A stretch of DNA of 64,000 nt from the IMG/VR virus record IMGVR_UViG_3300017751_000001, one strand, 5' to 3'. The stretch's first letter is position 1. Each line of letters starts with the position of its first letter. Below the pieces are notes generated by a model. It saw only the letters and a program-made list of their open reading frames with translations. It was not told the origin of the DNA and did no database searches. The position numbers were made by a program, and so were the translations under genes. Positions 54,001-62,500 of the stretch are shown one piece after another. This stretch comes from a virus.

Positions 54001-55516
54001 TAAGGTTAATCGCTGTTACAATACCCGTCTGGTCTCTCTGAACGGCTCCACCAGTCACATAGTTATGTGGGAAAGTAGTAATTCCCAAGAATACCTCAAA
54101 AGTATCATCTGTTGGGGTATCAATAACATCAAAACCGATTATATTTCGTGCTTCCAGAATATTTGTGTCAACACCAGCCTGGACTGTACCAGCACTTACA
54201 TACTGAAGGCCTTCAGTTGCAATACCAATGTTGATCTTAACTTCTTCAGTATTCCCAATAGAAACAATCGGATATGAATCTTCTCTTAGAGTGAAAGTAC
54301 TAATACCATCAGTTACCTGAATTCCCCTAAGAGTTAAATGTCTAGACTGGTTGGCTCCAGTACCAATATAATGTCCACCATAAACACTAAGTGTAGCAAT
54401 ACCAGTAATGTAATCATATCCAAACTCATTAATATTTCTTATCGGAGATAGTGGAGTAAATGTAAATCCAGCGCCTGTAATTACAACTCGGTCCCCATCA
54501 TATAGATCATGTGGAGCCGCAGTGGTAAAGGTTCCAATACCACTAAACATATCAAATACCGCCGTTGTAATTCCAACAGGAGTATCTACTTTGGTTCCAA
54601 GAACTGCAGTAGCAGATGCACCAATACCATTTGTAGCCCTAATACGAACATTGGGAGGATTTCTATATCCTTGTCCACCACCACGAAGTTGAACATAATC
54701 AACAGATCCAGAAGAATTTACACCAGCAACTGCTGCAGCTTCTACTGGAATATAATATCCACAACCAGTATCAATTCCAACCTTATCAAGTCTTCCCGCT
54801 CTAGGTACACCACTTAAAAAATTTAATTGATTGTCAGAAGCATTATTAAATGTAAAATCTAAGTTTGGAGTCTGAACAACATTATTGATAAGAATAAACG
54901 GATTATTATTAATCTCGACTCCAGTATTAACACTATTGAACAAAGAAGATACTATGCCCAGATTTTCTGTTACTCTAAAATTAGTTCCAGCAACTCCAGT
55001 AAATTCCAGTGAAATATCATCAAGAACTAAGTTTTTATCTTGAGGTTCAAATGCATCAAATTTTCTTGAGAATAATCTCCCATTAAAAGTGGATCCCGTT
55101 TCTAATCCTACTGGACCCCTTTTACCATAAGGAGCATCGATAAAAAAGATATCATCTTCAACAATATTATAGTCACCAACAAATACTGAAGATATACCAC
55201 TTCCATGAATAGTAGAAATAGATCCAAAAGATCCTCTATCAACAACAACTTGGGATGAAGTAGTTGTTGAGAATACTGGGTAGTATCCAGCACCAGTGTT
55301 AAAAATGACTACTTCACTAATCGTACCAACCCCAGTAATGACTGGATAGAAAATACCTTCTACTATAGGAGTTTCGGTTCCTTCAATAATAATTTTGGGA
55401 GGATCTGCTTTAGTATAAGCATTTCCACCAGCAATTACTTCAATCCTCTCTACACCGTAAGAGGAGTTGAATACTGGTCTTAGAATAGCTCCCGATCCAG
55501 GTGTGGTTCTTGGCAT
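48038..55516 (-). CDS. Giant baseplate/fibre structural protein (resembles the distal part of cyanophage-type gp7)
   Basis: 2492 aa with DDIS..F.G modules, GxGY..PP repeats, tandem FTC..D...H.YPR repeats and a beta-propeller-like region; lies directly upstream of gp8. Confidence 0.8.
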   Translation of the reverse strand: MPRTTPGSGAILRPVFNSSYGVERIEVIAGGNAYTKADPPKIIIEGTETPIVEGIFYPVITGVGTISEVVIFNTGAGYYPVFSTTTSSQVVVDRGSFGSISTIHGSGISSVFVGDYNIVEDDIFFIDAPYGKRGPVGLETGSTFNGRLFSRKFDAFEPQDKNLVLDDISLEFTGVAGTNFRVTENLGIVSSLFNSVNTGVEINNNPFILINNVVQTPNLDFTFNNASDNQLNFLSGVPRAGRLDKVGIDTGCGYYIPVEAAAVAGVNSSGSVDYVQLRGGGQGYRNPPNVRIRATNGIGASATAVLGTKVDTPVGITTAVFDMFSGIGTFTTAAPHDLYDGDRVVITGAGFTFTPLSPIRNINEFGYDYITGIATLSVYGGHYIGTGANQSRHLTLRGIQVTDGISTFTLREDSYPIVSIGNTEEVKINIGIATEGLQYVSAGTVQAGVDTNILEARNIIGFDVIDTPTDDTFEVFLGITTFPHNYVTGGAVQRDQTGIVTAINLTSGGTGYFPAAKVVYSDNTQESGITTFTAHGEQIGVTTNVGIAEYDPVVGILTVRFSENHGLTDDDAVKLEGLVFDTINGPVTFPRGLKKYFGFTVPNNVDINIDATEEMYDLTRNVGVYTGQLLTGTITRYKGHGLKTDDFVVVSGVGQTTTSSVDLRLSDVEYDNVSGVATITTRRNHNFTKNDFVIVSGIAFTCDYSPSIGITTAEYDNISGIMTITTAAPHGYSEGGKAGSVVLSGLGFTCDIDNGASIHYYPRHRDESYQKSISIASTTNTTITLDVGKSPRNESYPHTFASAKTGSVVSGGDYAHSFVGSASSSIILGGEYDYNFVSATSEAIVVGGDYDHTFVSSGSTALWRGGGYPHTFVSAGATAVITGGDYTYTFVPDSNNGGAIAKYTWAGPFLTPTTVGYIPSTGVLTLQFNQPHFLTTNDTVGIATGSLTFTCDMDGNATEHLYPRRRDPVHNRSDIPVASVVNATTITVNVGATPIVYQQPTNAVYDPDIGEIIITVPNHGHVKGETIKLTDNSFTFTCELDDNQTQHTYPRLTDPAGGGYASTTNSVAITTHTDDTFTIPVGASPLQYFPATGAQYNATSGILTVTAPSHGYVNGDFARFTDNSLVFTCSLDGNATEHPYPRPTDPASGIALTISNVTTNTYEVNVGTSTNSYIQITNATYNPKTGIMLVGTGNTAHGLTTATGNVLIQDGSLVFTCDLDNNQTQHSYPRSTDPISGASATIVGYSTNTFDINVGVSTHTFRSATNAEYTASIGILTVTCPNHGLRVGRSFKFTDNTMSFTCGMDDHSTVHTYPRSTDPYSDTRVVVDAKTDDTFTVNVGPTTSYFWDVSGANYVPDTGIIELTVGTGHTLFAGKPVRIQPESLIFTCTKDGNSTEHRYPQKGDPYWISAGIASVLNTTNVRINVGPSTTPSYYVGGGTIQGSIVAPREQNNSTSGMDFSFSGALVQKVGGATTFSVQVGPSTTPHNYNRGGTVSRAQRFADSLDEGYDGLYVGERLTGATFRSNSGIITERNYYATPGRVHKPVRIEITAPDPYFNRDLIYAEGSTGIGTNAVVDFRINADGEIQEYQITEEGVAFKVDDILTVSGISTDPRVGVHTEFTLKVIELSNDKFSGFYPGQFILFDDISQFFNGLRSKFTLSVTTGGETEILSLKTLPGSDMDISNNIFIYINDILQVPGESYIFKGSRIIFSESPKSGSKCSVFYFRGSKRDVETINPPLTVKAGDTVTIKENKLNLFDLDQFPRQAKRIVASDILETFAYKSVGIDTAPTAERPLTWKKQRRDKILSGTLISKARPSLKSRTTPTTRIIRNVGESDREIYVENAFPIFSDIDLVTQSERNILIMDDREIRTAISTSQVATSSSVSSISISDSGVGYALTSPGVTISSSLITRKDPISDWSFDDIITGFGPGLYDWKELAYGDQVIAVGTSSKYINTKSGTFWERGTVGFGGTITMNTVALGKSTSSPINYVRASGEYSKVVKGVSVGNTFTDWQEVQLIEQRQIPAIQSTLDFASEYEGTFNKIIFEPTRDAWVTVGTGGSIFTGVGIGTTTMYSRYSRTLEDLNSIAYGMGEFIVAGNGGMLLSSNEGLVWTPLSSNTPKNITDIVFDGDKFVFVGDGGLIGISSDKNFWMIYSDPNATNPATFDFDRIRYQDGFYVGIDTSGNLHYSFDLSNWTLRDIDHSQVLSDLIKTDYGINGRTIAVGSGSTAFYADPIINRATARSSVTNGIVTSVTVENGGFGYAVGSSPPVIIETDRTVSEKLLSIDAVGDFGVIVGVNTNRPGIGFSTPPTIDFVLKSDFYDNTNLGYGYSSLNTLGVNYSELSAGDYFIIYDSPLVVGHALTGITTSIGGYLNFPLNKTSEIPAGEHLQGRFFVEKVTPVDVVSGLVTVTCAFVPKPFSSIDIEVGLDPNGPYFLDNEFDYKPFYGKYTWGKINNYQNRAGGSPKQFFVNSDNGSTGLSTAAVVTRIQPLS
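51250..53300 (-). repeat. Seven ~85-90-aa coding repeats with core FTCxxDxxxxxHxYP[RQ]
   Basis: Cores near 53265, 52665, 52402, 52130, 51866, 51612 and 51354; spacing mostly 255-275 bp. Confidence 0.88.
52845..53086 (-). repeat. Five tandem 54-bp (18-aa) repeats GG[DEG]YxxxFV
   Basis: GGDYAHSFV, GGEYDYNFV, GGDYDHTFV, GGGYPHTFV and GGDYTYTFV at exactly 54-bp spacing. Confidence 0.9.
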
Positions 55517-55524
55517 TTATCTTA

Positions 55525-56553
55525 TCAGCTAATATTAATGGAACTACTACAATAAACTCTTGTTAAACCAGAAGAATCTCTAATTATACTGAATGTCAAA
55601 ATATCTTCACCTGGGGAAGCAGGTGGGGGGTTTCCTCCAACCCACCTAATACCACCAGCGATAGGTCCACCATTAATATTAACTGAATCACCATAGGTGT
55701 ATCCAACACCAGAATTGATAACAAGAGTTGCTGTAGTCGCCTTACTATTTAATGCAGTAACATTAGTGAAGTCCCAGGTCGAAACCGAAGTAGTAATTCC
55801 ACCAAGAACCACAGTCCCTTGAGAAAGATCAACAGTTAAAGTTCCTGCCGAAGAAACTACAATATTATCACCAAAATCATTTACTACTGTTTCAGTAATA
55901 TCACTATTAAAGTTAGTTGTTCCATCAAGAGTAACAACTCCCTCTGCAGTTACATTTCCACGAATATCAAGTCTCTGGTTGGCAGATGGAACATTTGTAC
56001 CAATACCTATATTGGAATCTTTTGTAATAACAAAAGTCTTTTCGGGAGTAATATCTTGGTCAGAAGCCCTAAAGGAAGGTCCATTTGATTTTGCAATCGC
56101 CCACAGTGCTGGTCTAGCATCTGAGAAAGATACAACTTCAAGTTGAGACGTTGGTATAGATGTTCCAATGCCGACCATACCGTCAGATCGTATTCGGAAC
56201 ATTGTAGCTGCAAAACCAACCTCAATTGGACCGTCAGTAATCGCTCCTGGTTGTTGAATGGTAATCTTACCAATGTCAGCATATGAAGATGTCAGGATAC
56301 CCGATGTATTGATATCAATATCATCAGTTACATATCTTGCAGTCTGAGCATATGTAGATGTGGATGCGATACCCGCATTGGTAGAATACCCCGCAGTGGT
56401 AGCGTAAGAGACGAAACTAATAAGATTGGTTCCGTCTCCAAAGATATTATAAAGATCATCAAAATTACTGTTAATCTTTAGAGTTCCTGCCAGCAGGGTA
56501 TCTCCAGTGCCATCATTAGGGGCAGTACCAGTATTAATGCCTTGCTTTGCCAT
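55525..56553 (-). CDS. Short fibre/connector with T4 gp9/gp10-like N-terminal motif
   Basis: MAKQGINTGTAPNDGTGDTL..GTLKINSNFDDLY is the gp9/gp10 N-terminal trimer motif, followed by VGIGTSIP / IGIGTNVP fibre repeats. Confidence 0.75.
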   Translation of the reverse strand: MAKQGINTGTAPNDGTGDTLLAGTLKINSNFDDLYNIFGDGTNLISFVSYATTAGYSTNAGIASTSTYAQTARYVTDDIDINTSGILTSSYADIGKITIQQPGAITDGPIEVGFAATMFRIRSDGMVGIGTSIPTSQLEVVSFSDARPALWAIAKSNGPSFRASDQDITPEKTFVITKDSNIGIGTNVPSANQRLDIRGNVTAEGVVTLDGTTNFNSDITETVVNDFGDNIVVSSAGTLTVDLSQGTVVLGGITTSVSTWDFTNVTALNSKATTATLVINSGVGYTYGDSVNINGGPIAGGIRWVGGNPPPASPGEDILTFSIIRDSSGLTRVYCSSSINIS

Positions 56554-56573
56554 TACTCAAATAGTTTTTCAGT

Positions 56574-56581
56574 TATTTATA
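56574..56581 (-). promoter_or_regulatory. T4-type late promoter TATAAATA
   Basis: Exact consensus 21 nt upstream of the ATG at 56553. Confidence 0.8.
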
Positions 56582-56582
56582 G

Positions 56583-59500
56583 TCAATACGGAGGTCTATC
56601 ATCGTAGGTTACAACAGTCTCATTAAACCTAGTGATAGTGGAGTTCACTCTATTGACATCATAGAAGAAATTATTATCTACAGTATTTTCAATTTCTGCT
56701 CTTCTACCTTGAACAAATGTTCCATCACCAATTTGTTTAACCTTCATAAATTCATCACCATACTTAATCACATCATTTGGTGCCAAAGACGTAATTCCAG
56801 TAGTAACGACAATACTTTGATCAAATATTCCAATTGGAGATCCAATGCCAACCTCAAGTTTTTTATTTCTAAGAGGACTTTGGATGATATTATCAATCAA
56901 GATTAATGCGTTTGTAGATGGGTCAGAAACGCTAAACTTATGAGTTCCAGTTCCATATCCAACAAAATCCAATGGCAATGAAGTGGATAGTCCACTAATC
57001 TTAAATGTAACATCATCAATTTTCTGAACAAAAACTCTCTCGGGAATAGATGTTCCACCCAGCTCTACTGGTGTGCAGAGAAGATCATCATTAGAACCAC
57101 TACCACCAATATAAGTTCCAGCAATAGAAATTGTTTCCGTACTTACATATCCACTACCACCACTAACAACAATAATACTTTCAACATCAAGATTTGAATC
57201 TCTAGTAACGTCAAAACGTGCGCCAGTACCGCTTAAATCACTTGTTGATGGTACGTTAAGGTAAGTAGTAGTAACACCTGTTTGAGTACCAGTAATGCGT
57301 GATACGGGGAATGTTAGGTCGTTTGCAGGAGTAGTTCCACCCAAATGAGTACCAGCAATACTCACATTATCACCAACATAGTATCCACTACCACCCTGAG
57401 TCAAGGTAATATTCGTAGAAAGTGGTTGACCCGTACTTTGTTCATATGTAAATTTAACTTGGAATCTAGCCCCCGTTCCCCTAGTAGAAATGCCAGGAAG
57501 ACCACCATCAGGACTTCCGAATCCATATACAACAAACACAACAATTGGACTTACTACAGTACCAACACCAGTAACAGTATGTTCTGGAATTTCTATGTTA
57601 TATCCATTTTCAAACATTGCACCACTACCAGCCAATGCTGTTTCTACATTCATTACAATGTCTCTGAGACCAGCAACGTGAGATGTAGTAGCAATTCCAA
57701 TTGGAGATCCACCTTCTAGACTATAATTTAATTCCTGACCTGTTTGGAAGTTATGATTAGGAATAGTAATGATGTTATCCACAAGATCAACAACTGAACT
57801 ATCGGATGCATTGAAAGTTGCTTTAAATAATGGTTGACCATTAGCTTTCAGTTTAAATCCAATATTACCAACTAAAGTTCCTGTTCTATCGTGATCTCCA
57901 TTGAAACCAGAAGAGATATCATCTATCAATAGAACTTTATTAGTCTTATTCAGAATGTAACTCTTAATAGGTCTACCTTCTGGGAAGAAAATTCTTTGAA
58001 TACTTCCATCTGGAGCCATATCATCTTCAGTGACTAGAGCAAAGTTCTGTCTTTCTTGTAGATAAAGGTCACTATCAATATTAACTAAGAGATTTACCGA
58101 ATTAGTAGCCGACTTAACCTTCATATTAGTGGTTGGTTGGCTAATAATCTCAAGATCACAAAATTCTCTAAATCCAGAAGGGTGAACAATAGATCTTACA
58201 GATTCCCTCCATGTATCATATGGAACTCTTCCTTTAATGGAATATGAAAACTTTTGATAGTAGAAGTTATCAGAAATTCTTTGACTAAACTCGTTAAGAA
58301 TTCCAGTGGTATTATCATTTTTTGCGACTTTATCTCTACTAACTCCCAATGTACTTCTAACATTAAATCTATTAACAGCTTCAACTCTACCTATGATAGT
58401 GGACTGTTCTCCATAGATCTCATCTCCAACAGATAATACTCCAGAAGTATCAGAGAGTCTAAGTTGACTCAATCTAGGATCCCAACCACCTGGAGATACA
58501 AATCCTTCAAATTTCTTAGAAGTGATTTTTTCTTCAGATAAGAATTTGGCATCATTAATAAGACTCATTCTAAACTTTGCCATATCGTTAGAATTAACGA
58601 CATAACCTAGTCCAAAATCATCATCGTAAGATCCCAAGGTTCCTGTATTAATTCCAGCAACACTATACGAAAGTGTAAAATTAGAAGTATTGACTCCAGT
58701 AACGGTGAAGAACTTAAAGTCAAAGTTTTCCGAGTTGAAATTAATCTCTCCCTCGAACAAAGAATCGGCTTTTAATCTACATCCTTCAATAAAAATAGAA
58801 TCCCCAACTTTAAACGGAAACTCAATATCAGTAGTTCCATATCCCGTTCTGACTGGTTGATTGAACTGAGCATCAAGAAGTAATTCAATAGTTACGGTAT
58901 TTCCAACATGAGTAATTTGATCAATGTCATATCCATTGGAGTTTTGTGTTGGGATAATACTCAAAGGTTCATCAAATTCAAAAGCATTTTGAAGAATGAA
59001 TACTTTGTCTACAGCTCCACCATTAAGTCTAGATTGTAGATCAATTGTATCATTACCACGTATAATCAAGTTGGGTGGTTGAGAATAATTTCTACCTCCA
59101 TCCAAAATCTCAATTTCATTAATTCTCTGAACCCCCGCAACGTCAATTACAGCTGGTACACTTAGGAATGGAATCAAAGTAGGATCTGTTGGATAATCAA
59201 ATCCATCCTTAACTCTTTCTAGAGTATCAATTTTACCAATATTACTGGAAAGAATTTTGACCGTTGCATTCTTACCAGAAGAACTCACAAATCCGTTAGT
59301 AGATGGAATAATTCTGTATCCTCTACCAGAAAAGTTTGTTTTTGTAGAATAAACTGGACCGACAGCAGAGGTAGATGATGTTTCATAGAAAATTGTACTA
59401 ACACCAAGTCTAGAAACATAAGTCTGTGTTTCTGATGGTATGCGATCAAGATTGTATGTAAATTCTTTATCACCCCTAACAGTAATTCTGTTCTCACCAT

Positions 59501-62500
59501 TAACTACTATTTCATTAAGAGTGATGCTATTATTACCAATAACATCCTTGTCCGAAATAACACTTAGTTTTCTTTGGTCGGAAGGAACCACTGGAACTAA
59601 ATTGTAAAAACTCTTAGTTGGATAATCTCTTTTACTGTCAACAATAATTGTAGCATCCGTGGTTCCAGATACACCATTTCTAGTAATAGCAAATCCACTC
59701 TCGTCAGTTCCTTGAACTTCCAAACTATTTCTATAATTGGCATCAGCATAAAATTCCAATCTCATGTCTTTTAAAGACACATCGGAAACATCAAAAATAA
59801 ATTGATTACCTTCCGTGAAAGATAACGCTGGATTTACCTTAGCAATTTCATATGTACCAATATCAACAGAAGAAAATACAATTGAATTTGAATCTGCAAT
59901 ATCCGACTTATACTGAACAAGTTTGATAAATTGTGGATCTTCACGGAGAATAAAATATGTATTGTTATTTTCTAATCCACCAATAAGATTACCTTCAGAC
60001 GCATAAAATACTACTTTATCTCCACTCTGAAATGTTTCATCTTCAATATCGATATCAGTATAATCTGCAGAAATACTAGTACTAGAGAAGCTTACCCTAT
60101 CCGATGTAATCTTACCAATAAGAGGGTCAAATCTAAGTTTAATATTTTCCGACTGAGTTGGTGATGTATTGAATTTTACAATATCACCATTTTCCAATCC
60201 ATGAGCAGTATCAGTGACAACATTAGTAAAATATCTTTGAACTCTTGCATTAATTCTGGGGAACTGAGTAGTAAGTGAATGAGCATATCCAATATTGTCT
60301 GCTATATCGAAGAAGTATAATGCATCTCCAATTGTAGTAAACCCAATAGTAGATATCCCAAGATAGTTTTGCCCAAAATTAACTGCATATACAATAGAGT
60401 CATCCCCTAATTTAACAGTTCCGATGCCCGAAGTAGATCCAATAGCTGTATTTGAAACAACTAGGGAAGTTCCAGCAGTACCAACATTGTATCGTAATGG
60501 TTGTCCAGTAGCAAGACGATGATCTGGGATAAAGATTCTTCTTTCAGGTACAAATCTAGTATCATAACTTTGTGTTAAAGCTGTTCCGATACCAGTATTA
60601 ATGACATCGTAGATTCTGCCCGTAGAACCCACACCCACGGTGTTTTCGGGTGAGAAGTATATACTTCTGTTTGGTTGTACTGCATAAGTGAAGAATTGGT
60701 TATCAACTGTGGCAGCACTAAATCCAAACTCAACTGGTTTCAAGAAAACAGAGTTGTCCGAAACATGGTGTGTGATTGCAATGCCAACATAATTTTGACG
60801 ATTGACTCTAAATCTCCTAAACTTATTATCAATTTCAGTAATAACCATAACTTCGGTTCCAACACCGATATGGTCACCAGGTTTAAACCCAACAGTATCT
60901 GTAACAGAAATAAAGGTTGTTATTCCTGTTACTCCAATATTAGGAATATATTCAGTAAGTCCTACACGACGTTTTGGTACAGTAATTTTTTGTTTGCCAA
61001 AAAATGGTGCAAACTTAGCAGTTGTTATTCCAGAAATATGGACTGATTCATTATCCAAGAAATCATGTGGAACTGTGGTTATTCCAATTACACTTCTGCC
61101 ACTTATTCTAAGTTCAGTCCCGCTGTAAGTTGAAACTCCTACACTAATTTCACTAATATCCTTACCAAGAATAGTGTCAACAACAATACTGGCTCCAGAT
61201 CCATCCGTTCCTTCGTTGTTAAGCGACAAGAGATCATTGACTTTATAATCAGAACCTCTACTAAAGATGCTAACAGATCCAATACCAGAAGTTTTTACTT
61301 TAGTTACAAAGAATTTCTGTTGATATGAATCATCTACCTTATCAATCAGATCATATTTGGAGTTTCCAAAAGACAAATAATATGGTCCAATATTTCTAGA
61401 TAATTTTTCTTTAGAAATATCAAGATCTTGATTGAAGAATGTATTGAAATTATCTTGAACTGGAAGGTCTTTAAATTGGTCTCCAACAAGATATGGGAAT
61501 TTGGGTTCAGCAACTCCACTAGAATCAACGTCAATGCTGAAAAAGTATGCATACGTTCCATCTGGAAACTGTGGCGTTACACAATATCTTCCGCCATGTT
61601 TGTCTAGACTTCCAGAATTATTAAACAAATAATCATTTGTAAAATAACCTAATGAATATGCTGGAGGTCGTATACCATTAAGATTTTGATTATTAAGAAT
61701 ATAACCACTATTCTGTCTAACTATTGAACCGCCAATTTGGTTCTCATAACCATATGGACCATAAATTGGATTACCATCATATGCCCATCCCAAAATAGGA
61801 GAATGAATAGCATTTTGTGATAATTCAAGATTGCCTACATCAATATTATCTCCAAGTTGATATCTCAACTTTCTGGGAGGATACATTGACACGGCTTGGA
61901 GTCCAAGATCTGGATTAGTAGTTGGTTTTAATATACACCCATCTTCTGGATTAATATTTTCAGCAGATCTCGTTACTTGGTTAATTTTCCATTCATGGAC
62001 ATCGGCAATAAACTTAGCTTCAGTACCTCTATTTCTAAGTTCTAAGGATACATCATTTTCATATCCAGTTCCGCCGTCAAGAATTTGTACAGCGACAATA
62101 CCACCATCTTCAACGATTGGATTGATCTGAGCAAAATCACCAGATGAACCATGAATAAAGATATCAGAGTCTTTTCTAAAACCCCTACCCTTTGCAAGAA
62201 TTTGCACATCAACAATACGACCGCCAATAATAATTGGTTTCAGTAATGCATTAAAGACAACCGTAGAAACTCCAACATTAGGTCTCCTATGTAAATCAAT
62301 AATATTTGTACATCCATATCCAATACCACCTTCTTGTAGGTACACATTATCGATACTACCAAGAACTACTGGATCTAGTTGTGGTTGAATAACAGTAGTT
62401 GAACCAATAGCAGAAATGGATTCTACTTTTACAACAATTGGAGGATAGGAGAGTGTATGTTCGCCTGATCCAAAGTTAGTTAGAAATACTTCTTTATTTT

